Shown here: piece by piece, positions 36,236-49,662 of the stretch
Layout: each line of letters begins with the position of its first letter
How positions within the stretch are numbered: position 1 is the stretch's first letter
NCBI GenBank assembly: GCA_964016885.1
Contig: OZ024741.1
Coordinates: forward strand, 50,530,001-50,594,000
Length of the DNA stretch: 64,000 nt
Origin: Eledone cirrhosa
Taxonomy: Eukaryota
Direction: 5' to 3'
The notes under the pieces: model-generated
Databases searched by the model: none
Told to the model about the DNA's origin: nothing
The model's input: only the letters and a program-made list of their open reading frames with translations
Made by a program: the position numbers and the translations under genes

Positions 36236-36236
<1 letters not shown>
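35904..36236 (+). mobile_element. CORE-SINE copy
   Basis: Full head-CORE-tail structure, flanked by (TA)n on both sides. Confidence 0.87.
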
Positions 36237-36266
<30 letters not shown>

Positions 36267-37169
36267 ATTAAATTTGTCACATCTCAATGAAAAGAGATCG
36301 CTAAAAAAATCTCATTCAGAGAAGCAAATACATACAGAACATCTTATACAACATCACTGAGTAGATCCCAATAAAGTAATCTAAAAAGAACACTTCACAA
36401 GCATCTTTCCCTACGGATATATTCTTAGTTAAGCAACCTAAAGCTAGAAGGCTTCACTAAGTTGCCTCACTACAGTTTCAAAACTGAAGAATACCTTAGA
36501 CCATTCCACTAGATTGATATGGTTACCATTAACAGAACAGTCTTTCATCAGAGGGATTCTGTATGGTATAAGAAAAATATAAATACCACTTAAGAGAAAT
36601 GAGTCCATTTTCATCGAACCAGTATGGTGCAATAAAAAAAAAAAATAATATTGCACGCATACCTAGAGCTACTAACACGGTAAACATTTGTATATACAGT
36701 CAAAGTGACGAGCCTTAACTGCCACTAGAAATAGCAGTCAATATGGACTGACTATCAGCTCACCAGGGAGCAGTATATATATTATACATAATTAAATTTT
36801 GTCATGAGTATACATAACACTTCAGTGAAAAGAAGTCGCAAAAAAATCTTATTCAGAGAAACAAATACATATAGAACATCTTATACAAAATCAGAGGGGT
36901 AGATCCTGCAGTAGTGAAGCCTCCTAGCTTTAGGTTACTTGACTGACAATATGTCCCTAGGGAAAAATTCTTGTTCTTCTTAGATTACTTTATTGGGATC
37001 TACCCTTCATTGATTTTGTGTGTGTGTATATATATATAACTCAAGCATTCTACATCTACTTTCCATGGTGGCTTTGATTACACACATTGTTACAGTATGG
37101 ATCAGTTACTGCTCTTCCTCAGAAGTTCTCAACGCTACTGGTAACAAGTAACCCAGTACAACTGGTGCA

Positions 37170-37660
37170 TGGTCGGGTCGTCAGCGACTAAACCAGCAAC
37201 CCCACCAAGCTTGTTCGGCGAGGAGAGTGATTTTGGACAACCTGCAGGATGAAAAACAAGACCTGTCAAAGGGTGAAGGAACTCAGGAGAGTCAACGGCC
37301 ATCCAATAAAGATGTTTTGTTGTTGAGCGGGAGACTCATAGTCTTCATTAAGACATCTCTCTAGGAGAAGGTCACTCTAATATAAAACCTGCGACTTCGT
37401 TTGCATCCAATGATGTAGACCAGTTCTTCTTTTGGGGCAAATGCATTCGATGTTCAGAGAGTGGGATTGGCCCCATGCAAAGCCTTTCCTCACTTATAAA
37501 AGCTTCGAGCACAGGCATCGCTTGATATGTGACATTTCTTGCGCTGCATGGTATTGCTGGCCATAGGCAAGTTCCTAGCAGGACTAAAAAGCCACGTTTG
37601 GGATGCTCATCCTTAAATATCAAACAATGGCATTACTCCAAATCGAGTTGCAGCCATCAT
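37170..37660 (+). mobile_element. Non-autonomous interspersed element, probably derived from an RTE 5' end; related inverted copy at 38640-39120
   Basis: Both copies share the ggtcgggtc(g/a)tc.gcgactaaacc start, caacggccatcc, ctaggagaagg..actc and a gccatcat end next to (TA)n. Confidence 0.55.
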
Positions 37661-37677
37661 ATATGTGTATATATATA

Positions 37678-38505
37678 TCATCATCATCATCATTGTTTAA
37701 CGTCCATCTTCCACACTAGCATGGGTTTGGACGGGAATTTTCCCACTTGGGGCAAGATTGGTTGTCTTGCTCTTATAGGACTGTCTGGCGAGTTTTCTAT
37801 GGCTGGATGCCCTTCCTAACACCAACCACGTTTACAGTGTGAACTGGGAGGTTTTTACCGTGTTACCTACATGGCCACATTACAGCGTGGACTGTGTGTT
37901 TTTTTTGTCGTGACACCTACACGACCTCATTTGTTTCGGACTGGATGTTGTGGTACCAACATAACATTACATTGGAAGGGGTGGTGTGGATGGGGTGGGG
38001 GTAGTGGGACGGGGGTGTATTTTTGTTAGAGGTGCCTACTGACTGTAGGTTTCGCTTTGTACTTAGGCAAGGCGGGTCTTCTGTATTACTGAGTAGCGCC
38101 AAAGATTTCGGTCCAGTGACATTGTCTTGGAGAGGTGTAAGTGTGTAAGGTCGGAGTTTAGCAAGTCGTCCAGGTTTTTCTGGGTCGGCCTACTCCGTGG
38201 CTACCGTCTATTTTTATCGCCCTGCACTTTTTTTTATACAGCTGTCGTCTTTCATGCGCATCACGTGACCGTACCAACGTAGTCTTCTCTCGAGTAAACA
38301 GCATCTGATCCCTCTTATTCCTAATTTCTCCCTTAGTTCGCTTATGCTTTGCTATTACACATCCAGCGGAGCATGCAAGCTTCGTTCCTCTCCACACAAT
38401 GCCCAGGTCTCACTGCCATGCAACATTGCTGTTCGTATGCAAGCATCATACAGCCTGCCTTTCATTTTTAGAGAGAACCCTTTAGCGGCCAATAGTGGTA
38501 TAAGC
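37678..38505 (-). mobile_element. RTE LINE family B, 3' fragment
   Basis: Reverse complement of the 39421-40496 copy, with small deletions; (ATC)n at the left end. Confidence 0.88.
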
Positions 38506-39232
38506 TCTCTCTCTCTATATATATATATATATGTGTGTGTTAGGTGTGTAACTATAGTTAGTCTCGTGTGGGTTGCAGACTGTAAACAGATTAAGTAGAA
38601 TCGAAGTCTGTGTTGCTGATATATATATATATATATATATGATGATGGCGGCCCCCTCGTTATCGAGTATGGCTATTGCATGATATACCATTATTAATAA
38701 TTATTAATTAATTCTATCGTGCAATGCCTGTGCGTGAAGATATTTTTCAAAGTGAGGAAAGACTGTGCACTGAGCCAATCCCACTCCCTGAGCGACAGTA
38801 GCTATAACCCGAAAAGAAAAGATCAACATCATCGGTAACTACTGATCGCAGGTTTTATATCGGAGTTATCCCAGTTTCCTGAGTTGCCTTCTCCTAGAAG
38901 AAAGCCCTGACAAAAGCTAGTGGTCCTTCACTCCCAGTGGTTTAACCGCGCGGTACATGTGTATATACATATTTACACACTTTTGGATGGCCGTTGGCTG
39001 CTATGAGTTCTTCCGACCTTTGTCAGGTTTTGTTTTTTGTCCTACTGGGTGTCCAAAATAACCCTCCTCACCAAGTAAACTTGGTGGGGTTGCCGGTTTA
39101 GTCGCCGATGACCCGACCATGACAGGTTGTATATATACACAGTATGTGTGTAAACAGAGAGATGGAGATCCGTAGATGAAAGACAAAGGAAAACAGTGTT
39201 CAATTTTTTGCAAGTGAGTTTACTTAGTATAA

Positions 39233-39420
39233 ACAAAGTTTCATACACTTAACATGTATGTGCGACCATTTGGAAGGGGCACTTTTAAACTGACCCTTCA
39301 TCTGTACACGTGCCCGAATAACGGGTCAGTTTAAAAGTGCCTCTTTCAATATACAGTGGTGGCTATAATTGGACCCCAAAACAAATGGTCGCACATACAT
39401 GTTAAGCGTATGAAACTTTG
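39233..39420. repeat. Nested foldback (two pairs of inverted arms)
   Basis: Outer arms caaagtttcatacacttaacatgtatgtgcgaccatttg and its near complement; inner arms ggcacttttaaactgaccc / gggtcagtttaaaagtgcc. Confidence 0.75.
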
Positions 39421-40496
39421 TTCCGTTACCTGGGTGACAAAATCAGCAGTGGGGGAGGGTGCTCTGAAAGTACAGTAGCTAGAGTCAGAACTGGATGGAA
39501 AAAGTTCAGAGAGCTTATACCACTATTAGCCGCTAGAGGGTTCTCCCTAAAAATGAAAGGCAGGTTATACGATGCCTGCATACGAACAGCAATGCTGCAT
39601 GGCAGTGAGACCTGGGCATTGTGTGCAGAGGATATACGCAGACTAGAGAGGAACGAAGCTTGCATGCTCCGCTGGATGTGCAATAGTAATATACGTGAAC
39701 GGCAAAGCATAAACGAACTAAGGAAAAAATTAGAAATAAGAGGGATCAGATGTTGTTTACTCGAGAGAAGGCTACGTTGGTATGGACACGTGATGCGCAT
39801 GAAAGTCGATAGCTGTATAACACAGTGCAGGGCAATAAAGATAGACGGTAGCCACGGAGTAGGCAGACCCAGAAAAACATGGGACGAGCTGATAAATTCC
39901 GACCTCACACGCTTACACCTCTCCAAGACAATGTCACTGGACCGAGACCTTTGGCGGTACTCAGTAATAGAGAAGACCCGCCTTACCTAAATACAAAGTA
40001 AAAACCTACTACAGTCAGTAGGCATCTCTATCAAAACACACCCCCGTCCCACCACCTCCACCCCATCCACACCGCCCCTTTCAATGTAAAGTTATGTTGG
40101 TCCCACAACATCCAGGCCGAAACAAATGAGATCGTGTAGGTGTCACGACAAAAAAACACACAGTCCACGCTGTAAATGTGGCCGTGTAGGCAACACGGTA
40201 AAAACCTCCCAGCCCCACACTGTAAATGTGGTTGGTGTTAGGAAGGGCATCCAGCTGTAGAAAACCCGCCAGACAGTCCATGCCGTAATGTGGCCGTGTA
40301 GGCAACACGGTAAAAACCTCCCAGCCCCACACTGTAAATGTGGTTGGTGTTAGGAAGGGCATCCAACTGTAGAAAACCTGCCAGACAGTCCTATGCGAGC
40401 AAGACAACCACTCTTGCCTCAAGTGGGAAAACCCCCGTCCAAACCCATGCAAGCGTGGAACACGGACGCTAAACCTGATGATGATGATGATGATGA
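39421..40496 (+). mobile_element. RTE LINE family B, 3' fragment with a duplication in the 3' UTR
   Basis: ORF 39418-39990 (FRYLGD...RLRWYGHVMRM); tandem duplication of about 120 bp in the 3' UTR (40150-40390); (GAT)n tail. Confidence 0.9.
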
Positions 40497-40532
40497 TACA
40501 TGTGCCGTTTGTTTTATTTCTGTTTACCTTTT

Positions 40533-40564
<32 letters not shown>

Positions 40565-40834
40565 CAATCAAGTTAGTGCTACCGCATTTAATACGAGTAT
40601 TCAAAAGCTAATTACAAATAATTATTGCATATTTCGTTATATAAATCACTGTTTTTATTGTTAACTGGGGTTTTCGATATATTTCTTTGAAAAAAATTAA
40701 CACTGTTAGACATTAATGAATATCTCTGAAGAGTTTTATCGTTATATATCTGAAGAATAATGTAAAATAGGATGAAAGATATAAAATTTAAATGTTGTTA
40801 TAAAGAGTTGTTTTTTTAAAAGAAATTAACGAAC

Positions 40835-40985
40835 CTTTTTCCTCGTTCGTTTGTTTGTCTTTAACGATCCAAATATCCTGAATGGACCCAAATTTACTAA
40901 AACATTCATCATATTCCTCTTTAGTTATTCCTTTACCGGCAATAACGAAGAGACGGCTGTTTGTAGGATAGCGATGGTTAGCCAT
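40835..40985 (-). CDS. RBM45: RBM45 coding exon 1 (ATG; N-terminal part of RRM1)
   Basis: MANHRYPTNSRLFVIAGKGITKEEYDECFSKFGSIQDIWIVKDKQTNEEK(G) resembles the vertebrate RBM45 N-terminus (PPNSRIF...FGDIQDIWVVRDK); phase-1 donor G|GTTCGT at 40834. Confidence 0.9.
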
Positions 40986-41699
40986 CTGTTTTCTAGTAAT
41001 ATACCTGCTTTAGGAGTGTATAACAGTGTTTGACATATATGTGTGTGTGTGTATATATATATTATAATATATAGAGAAGGAGAACAGTAAACACCATCAA
41101 ATATTAGTCAGTAAAAATTACTTCCCTTAGTAAATGAAAACCAATCTCATAGAACAGACGAGAATCTCGTTAATTAGTTATTCCACGAGACTTGTTTAAA
41201 CTCAATTTCGTAACTTTTTCTTTGACCATCCCTCCCCATTCTAAGGAATCGTAGTTTCCAAACTTGTTAAAACTCACGGCTGACTTTATACCTCGATTAG
41301 AAAATATTTATACATATTAATATAGTAGAAACTAGAAATAGAGATATTTAAAAATACAGAAAAAATATTTGTACTTCTTTCTTTGGTAAATAAATGGAGA
41401 AAGATGTGCTTGGTATTTTTTTTGACAATGTTTTCATTCTTAGTACGTTAATTCTTTTTTAATAATAAAAAATTTAATATTTAGTCAAACATACAACAAA
41501 ATAAAGTATTTGAAAGGACTATAAATGCCATAAATAGGAGGGAAAGAGCAAGGACTATTTGGCAACAAGAAAGAAAGGGGGGAAAAGAAGGTTGTGACAG
41601 ACTCTACACCTAGGTTAGAGCATTGTTTCGGCTTTGCCCTGCAGACAAATGGTCAGTGACATCCTTGCAACAGCCATGCCACCTTGCGGGGCTTCTTCC

Positions 41700-42850
41700 C
41701 CAGATAGGCTGCTCTCATTCTGATTTTATGGTGTTGATTTTTATCATTAGATCTGACATTGCTAGATCTCTAACATCTTTTTCAAAGGTGTCAGTGATCA
41801 TATCATGACACTTTCTCTGGATCTAGCAAACAACACCTTTGTTATATTGTGAGTTGTTACACCTCAACTCTCTATTCAACTGAGCAAGATATTGTAACAT
41901 TCTATGACCAGCTTCACAATGGTTTCCACTATTCCATACAAGAACAAGCTCATCATAATGAGAGATTTCAATGCTAGAGTTGGAACTGAGCAACAAACAT
42001 GGCATGACGTTCTTGGGATTAATTAACTCAGAGCTATGAACTCAAATGGGCTTAGGGTGCTTTCACTCTGCAAGGAATTTGATCTTAGGATCACTAATAG
42101 CTTTTTTCAACAGCCTGCAAACCATAAGCCAATATGAATATGCCCTAGATCCAAGGATTGACACATGACTGACTATGTCATTACTCACAGGTGTGGCCTA
42201 AAAGATTTCAAAATTACTTGTTCTTTTAACTCTTCTTGTTATCTCTCAGATCATGCACTGCAGCACAATAATGTTTCATTCAATTTTCCCAACAAAAGCT
42301 GTCTTCAAAAGCCTCCTATCTCATGTTTGATATGGGTGCTTTAAGATCCACTGATAGGAGACTGAAACTTTCTGCAAAACTTGACTCATCCCTCGACTTT
42401 GTTCTGATTTCTGATGACATTGAGGCTTATTGGAAAGCCTCCGTAGATGTCTTAGGATTTTCTATGAGAAACACCAGGACTGGTTTGGTGAAAGCAACTC
42501 AGATGCCCAAGACCTTATCAGTGAGATATATAACCTACACAGGCTTTGGATTGGAGATAAAAACTCAACTAAAAAGAAAGCCTATAAAGACTGTAAGCAG
42601 CAAGTACAGCCCTTACTTAGAAAAATGAAGGATGTATGGTTGGCAGCTAAACAACAAGAAGCTGCTGATTAAAAGGACTCAAGGGCCTTTTATAATGGTC
42701 TGAGGGAGAGCAGGTCAAATCCAATTCTATCCTCTGATGGTACAACCCTATACAAAAAGGTCCTAAATACCGAGTCAAATGTAAATGAAGATGTGATACC
42801 ATCTATTCCTCAAAGGATGGAGATACCCAAATTAGCATTCAATCTGGATT
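41700..42850 (+). mobile_element. Highly degenerate BovB-like RTE LINE fragment
   Basis: DFNARVG, ITNSFF, PRSKxxHxxDYVI and KHQDWFGE remnants; many stops and frameshifts. Confidence 0.65.
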
Positions 42851-44280
42851 TGAACTTCCATCACACAGAACAAAGATAATGCTGGATGGGTCTACATAGA
42901 CCAAGTCAGTACTGAAGACAAGCTAGGGATCTGTTGTCTCGCTTATGTACGGTCGTGCACAGGGGAGGTTGTCATGATTTTCACACAACTGGGGGGGTCC
43001 TCCCAACCCTTTGTTTGGCAAGCTTTCTACAGCTGGATGCTTTTCCTATCACCAACCACTTTATAGTATGTACTCAGTGCGTTTATTGTGTAGATCATCA
43101 AACACTAAGGAGGCTGTCATGTACTTGACATGACTGAAGGGTCCTCCTGACCGTGTTTGGCATTCATCACTCTGAACCCGTTCTTTATTTATTGACACCA
43201 AAAGTATGAAAAGCAAAGTCGATCTCAGTAGGATCTGAACTCATAAAGATATCTTCCAGGCAAGCCACCTGGCACTAACAATTCTGCAAATCCAAGACTC
43301 GTGACTGGTACTTTATCTAGTTATGGCTGTGTGGTTTACAAGTTGAGTTCTGGGTTTGATCCTGCTGCATGGCACCCTGGGTAAATGTCTTCTGCTATAG
43401 CCTTGGGCTTACCAATGCTTTGTGAGTGAGTTGGGTAGATGAGTACACTGATAGCTCGACGTTTGTATGTGTGTGATTGTGTATGTTTTTGCCTAAAAAA
43501 CACTTAAGTTGGTGAATATCTCTTATCACGCTGAAAAGTATGGGTTGGCATTAGGAAGGGCATCCAGCAGTAGAAACTTGCCATGGGTAAAGCAGAAAGG
43601 ATGAAAGGCAAATGTGACCTAGGTAGGATTGGAACTCAGAGAACAGAGACCCAGAACAAAAAGTCATTCAATCTGATGCTCTAGTGACTTTGCCATCTCA
43701 CAACCTTTAAACTATTCAGTTGATATGGTATCGCTCTGATCGACTGACAAGATCCCAGACCTCATTTGCTTGCCGAGTGGGGTGGACCATGTCAAATCGG
43801 ACCAAGGAAACTTTTGTTTCCATTGGTCTTTCCGTTGCTGATACTATCTACCAGTCGCAACTCCTTGGGAGAAGGAGCAATGTGAAATAAAGTATCTTGC
43901 TCAAGGACACAATGCATCACCCAGTCCAAGAATTGAACTTGCAACCTTACGATTGCAAATCCAACTCTCTAACCACTAAGCCACGCACCTTCTAGATATG
44001 ATATACTGTGAACTAATACAATGGGTTTAGAAGAAATCAAAACAAATCAAAAAAGGTATAGTAAAAAATAAAGCCAATTTTATTTTATATAATAAAAGCA
44101 TGAGAATCTAAGCTGACATATGATGAAAGCCTTAAAACTGTATTACACAATCTTAGAGCAAAATATATATAAAGTTAGTTTGGTTGAAGCAGCAGACATG
44201 TGAATTGAGTTCAAAGCCATATATATATATATATAGCAAAAAGTAGAATATTCTTGAACCATTTGTGTCATTTTTGTAGT

Positions 44281-45120
44281 TTAACCCTTTAGCATTTACA
44301 CTACTCTACATTTACTATTGTTTTTCATGATAAAGGCTTTACCTCAAATCATATTGAATCTATGAGATTTTGACATTATTTATTTTGAGAACAATACCTT
44401 AACATTAGTATGAGTGGCTGGTTACAGCCAGTTTGAACAGAAAGAAGTATCAGAATTCTGGTTGGATACAACAAGTTTAATTCTTTAATGTTCAAACCGG
44501 CCAGAATTCTCTACCTCTTTCTGTTGAAATTGGCTGTAACTGGTCGCTCAAACTAATGTTAAGGTATTGTTCTCAAAATAAATACTTTCAAATCTCATAG
44601 ATTCGATATTATGTGAGGTAAAGCCTTTACCATGAAAATATAATAGTATATATAGAGTAATGTGAATGCTAAAGGGTTAATCTTTCAAATCCACATTAAC
44701 CCTTTTAGATACCAAACTGCCTGAAACAGACACTGATTCTATGATATTAAACTGTTTGTTTCAAAATATCTATACTCATCTAAAAACTTCCATCATAATT
44801 TTATGTAAGAAACTTTGTTAAGTCTTAGTTTAAGTTTATACTCCAATGAGAAAGTTATACTTTAAATTCTTGATTATTTTAACCCTTTAGTTACCAACCC
44901 AGCCAAAAGCAGCTTAGCTTCTATGAAATAAAGCCACCCATTTTAAAGGTTTCCTATTTAAATTAAAATCTTCCAATATAATTTTATATAAGAACCTTAC
45001 ATTAAGTTACTACCTTAGTAATGAAATAATTAATAATTTTAGTAAATCCCTCAAAATTCTTAATTAATTAATTAAAATAAAGTGTATCCCATTAGAAATG
45101 CAGTCATGAAAGGGTTAAAA
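44281..45120. mobile_element. Cluster of piggyBac-type MITEs from two families
   Basis: Repeated TTAACCCTTT / AAAGGGTTAA ends near 44281, 44680, 44696, 44880 and 45117; the second family is also at 16371-16470 and 49200-49440. Confidence 0.65.
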
Positions 45121-45869
45121 ATTATTTGAAAGTCATAGGCAATGTTTTTCATTAGAAATATAGTATTGAAAGGGTTAACTGGACACCACAAACATCCCCT
45201 CAATGGTATTTTTAACAGAGACATAGAGACTATTATTGTAAACTCTATTGTCAGTGTGGGTCTTGTGGTTACCTCAGTAAATGTTCTATGTTGCAATGCA
45301 AGTTGAAATGGTAAAATGTTTTCAACTCTTTAACTTCAGATTTGAAACTTCCAGGGAGAACTTAGCCACAAGTTTGATAGAGTAATTTGCATTCTCTTCA
45401 GAATAAGTTGAAAATGCTATTGCCTTGAAATGCTGTGTTAACTCTTTCATATACTATAGCTGTGTGTTAAAAGTAAATTTATATCTGTCACTTTTGATAT
45501 GCACTTTCTAATTATTTGATTAATGGAACAACCTACATGTTAAATTAACATGTCAGTGAATGAGTATTCTACTTGCACTATTAACACACTTCTTAGGGAG
45601 ATTCAGCATTACAGTATATGAAAAGTACATGCCATCTGATGGCCTTCCAAACAGTTTCTGTTTAATCTAATTTCACTAACAAGCCTTGGGTTAAGTCAAG
45701 ACTGTGGTAAAAGACACTGGTTGTAGTTGCCATATAGTAGGATTAAATCTGTAACCGCATGATTGTGAAATGAACTTCTTAACCTATCAACTATACTATG
45801 TCTACACAGCTCTCAGTTATAAAAGAGCACGCTACTTACTACTGACAGAATTGTACAATGGCCACAATT

Positions 45870-46225
45870 CATCAGCATCATTGTTTTATGTCCGTTTTTC
45901 AAAGCTTGCATGGATTGAATGGGTCCTTCTCAGCACAGCATCTCTCCACTCGTTGTGTTCCCTCATCTCCTCTGTGAGTCTCAGCAATTTGAGGTCAGCT
46001 CTCACCACCTCTGCCCAGGTCTTTCTTGGCCTACCTCTACTGCAGCTTCCTTTCACTGGGATTTCTTGGAATTTTTTCACCTGGCAATCATTGTCCATGC
46101 ACATCATATGTCTATACCAACACAGTCTTGCACGCTACTTGAATTCCTCTTAAACCCAACTTCTGCCTGAGATTGTCAAAGATCTGTCTTTCTCTCACAT
46201 TTACACTGCACATCCAACAAAGCTA
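45870..46225 (-). mobile_element. RTE family C-like 3' fragment
   Basis: ORF 45886-46107 ends GRPRKTWAEVV...HASFEKRT. Confidence 0.8.
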
Positions 46226-47139
46226 TTCAGTTCTGAGTGTCTGTGAATTAGTATTAATGCTACAAGCATCAAAGTAGCTTTCTCAACGACTTTAATAATC
46301 ATCACCTAAATTTACCTTCATTTAGATGTTGACAGCTGGATATTTACAATATGTGAACTAAACTACACTGTGATACCTGTGTAAAACCAGATGAACTAGT
46401 AATAGATACAGTACAATGAACACATTTTGGTACCTACTTACAGCTAGGTGGATTGGTGTTGATAATGGACACAGTACAGTGACCTATACCTACAGATAAT
46501 TGGACTGGATTGTTAACAGTACTATATTGTGGTACCTATTTATAGCATGGTGGACTGGTCTTGATAATGGACACAGTATAGTGACACGTTGTAAACCATA
46601 TCTTTTCCATCATATATGTTATCAAGCAACAGGAATATTATATAATGAAATACTGTTTCATTAGCTTGCAGTGCACTGTTTATATCCTGTCATGGTTACA
46701 GCTTCTTGAGTAATGAACAGCATCAAGTTGACCTGCTCCAAGATATATCATATGAAGGCCAACAGTTCAGTGGTTCCTCATTCATCCACAATATAGCATT
46801 AGGCAGTTAATATCAAAGTGCTCTGCCAATAAGCCCTCTTAACCGGTTAGCATTTAAACTGGCCATATCCAGCCAGAATTCCCTCATGTCTTTCTGGTCA
46901 AACTGGCCGCTCATATTTATGTTAAGGTATTGTTCTCAAAATAAATAATATAAAAATCTCATAGATTCCATATGTGAAATAATTCTGTGTGGTAAAGTCT
47001 TTATCATGGAAATATAATAGTATAACCCATGCTAGCGTGGAAGATGGACGTTAAACGATGATGATGATGATGATATGGAGTAATGTAAATGCTAAAAGGT
47101 TAAAGCTTCAGAGTGCCATCTAACAAACCATTTCACATT

Positions 47140-47285
47140 ATGTCTAACATGGTAGTCTAACAGTGAGATATAGCCAGTGTCTAACATAGTGGTCTAACAA
47201 TCAGATATAGCCAGTGTCTAACATACTGGTAGTCTAACAATCAGATATAGCCAGTGTCTAACATAGTGGTGGTCTAACAATCAGA
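47140..47285. repeat. 37-40-bp tandem repeat, about 4 units
   Basis: gtctaacatagtggtctaacaatcagatatagccagt units. Confidence 0.8.
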
Positions 47286-47613
47286 TCAAGTCAGAACATT
47301 TATCTAAATATCAGATACATTACCCATTCTTGATTTTAAATTAAAATTATTTTCAACCTCACTAAATTATTTATATCCCTCACTCACCCACCCCTACCTA
47401 TGTTAAGAATGTTTACTATAGAGCCATGGTTCTTGTTCTTGACCTTTTTCTTTCTTTTTCCATGACTTAAAAGATTCTCTAAAAAATATTTAATGGCTGT
47501 GTCCCAGCATGTTGGCTGGAACACATAATAGAGTTATAGAGTTCTTCTCAATATAAAATATATGCTTGGTGTTAGATTTAGTTAATGTTGTTGATATTTG
47601 TTTTCATCAAGTT

Positions 47614-48002
47614 TCAGTTTAAGAAGATTTCATAGTCTCGTAGTTGGTCAACAAAGCCACAGTTTGGATGAATAACTGGTCGTTTTCCTTTCACATACCA
47701 GAAACTGTCAGAGAAACTCATGCCCTCTGTCTTCATGAGATAACCAATAACAATGGAAGCAGCACGAGAGATGCCAGCATTGCAGTGCACCAGCACGCAA
47801 CCAGAACCACGACCATTTTCTATAAAGTCAAATGCTTCATCAAAGATATCGACAATCTTGCTGTCTGGCAGGTCATAGATCTTGATGGATTTGTAAGTAA
47901 ACTCATCAGGATAGAGATTTTCAACACCAGTTGCTACATTTAAGATGTGGGTCACATTATATTTCTTCAGTGTTTCCAGACTCTGGGCAACATCTTGGGA
48001 AC
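47614..48002 (-). CDS. DUSP19: DUSP19 last coding exon (catalytic domain)
   Basis: (G)SQDVAQSLETLKKYNVTHILNVA...IYDLP...VLVHCNAGISRAASIVIGYLM...PNCGFVDQLRDYE; intact HCxxGxSR active-site loop; phase fits the first coding exon. Confidence 0.93.
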
Positions 48003-48354
48003 CTGTGCACAAAAACATAAAACATTTAAATCAAGGTCAATAGGAATTCTTTCTATGTTGTTTAACCACAGGTCAGTGTTGATCTGCCTAGCCTAAAGGC
48101 ACTCCATCCATAATGAACCTGGTTTTTCAGACTACAATCATTCAACAAGTATGGAAAAGCAGATGTAAAACAGTGTTAACCACCTTGGCACATCACACTA
48201 TTTGCTGGACTACTTTCAAGCCCGCCTCACCTATCCTGATAAATACTTGTTTTTATCTTCAACCTTCCAGTCTCCTTTTTCTCCTAACTTTACTTCTACT
48301 AATGAAGACTAACATCAGATATATTGACACATTCCTTTTCCTTTTCTTACACTA

Positions 48355-48985
48355 TGTGTAAGGTGTTCGTACTGGTTCCACAACAAAAATCCATCAGTAC
48401 ACCCTGTAAGGTGGTTGTGTTGGTACCATGACAAAAATGCACCCAGTCCACCCTTTAAGGTGATTGTACTGGTATCATGACAAAAATTCACCCAGTCCAC
48501 ACAGTAAAGTGGTCATATAGGTGTCATGACAAAAAGCACCCAGCCCACACTGTAAAGTGGTTGTGTAGGTATCATACAAAAAGCACCCAGCAGACACAGT
48601 AAAGTGGTCGTGTAGGTGTTGTGACAAAAAGCACCCAGCTGACACAATAAAAGTGGTTGTGAAGATGTCACAACAAAAAGCACCCAGCCCACACCATGTG
48701 GTTGGCATTAGAAAGGGTATCCAGCCATACAAAACCAAAGCAAAAACAGATCTGCATGAACAAGACAGGTCACCTGACCTGGTTAGCCTCATAACATGAC
48801 AACCTGTCTAACCTATGCTAGCATGGAAAATAGATGTTAAATGGTTTAACGTCCATTTTTCATGCCAGCAATGGTTAGACGGGTTGTTCTATTTGAGACA
48901 AGTTGGATCAGGTGACTGTGTCTTGCTCATACAGATCTATTTCTGGTTTGGTTTCTACGGCTGGATGCCCTTCCTAATGCCAGCC
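48355..48985. repeat. RTE-UTR tandem array (unit about 46 bp, about 7 units) followed by two tail-to-tail RTE 3' ends
   Basis: Same unit as 32357-32577; junction gcatggaaaatagatgttaaatggtttaacgtccatttttcatgc near 48845. Confidence 0.8.
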
Positions 48986-49662
48986 ACTGTCAACAGTGGG
49001 AGTAGCTCTCTGAACTTCTTCCATCCATGAGGCATGAGTTGACCTAAGACTATGGTAAATGACTCTTGCCTAACACATCACAAGACCTAATGATTGCAAA
49101 ACAAATTTCTTAACCAATCAGCTGTGCTGCATCTATAATATCATTAAAATAAAGGCAGCTAACCATTTCAAACATCCACAAACTAATAACAAGGGAGCCT
49201 TAACCCTTTCATGACTGCATTTCTAATGAAATACACTCTATTTCAATAAATTAATGAAGAATTTTGAATGATTTACTAAAATTATTAATTATTTCATTAC
49301 TAAGATAGTAACTTAAAGTTAGGTTCTTATATAAAATTATGTTGGGAGATTTTAATTTAAATTGAAAACCTTTAATATGGGTGGTTTTATTTCATAGAAC
49401 CAGAGCCAGTTTTGGCTGGATTTGTAAACAAAGGGGTTAGTATTACCAATCAACATGATAGAAATAGCAGCCAAATATCCTTCATTGGATAATCTAGTCT
49501 TTAATACCCTCCAAAAAGACAGGATGGTCACAGCTGAATTGTCTTTGATCATAGGTCTGCTTTATCAGGACTGAGCTGAGGCTAAACAACAATCACAACA
49601 ACAAACTACACAATATAAAAATATGACTAACACAAAAAATATGAAAATACAACACTCTTTAC

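Noticed and set aside
37170-37260. HDV-like ribozyme at the 5' end of the RTE-derived element
   Set aside because: Only a mismatched P1-like pairing was found; the nested double pseudoknot could not be built by eye.
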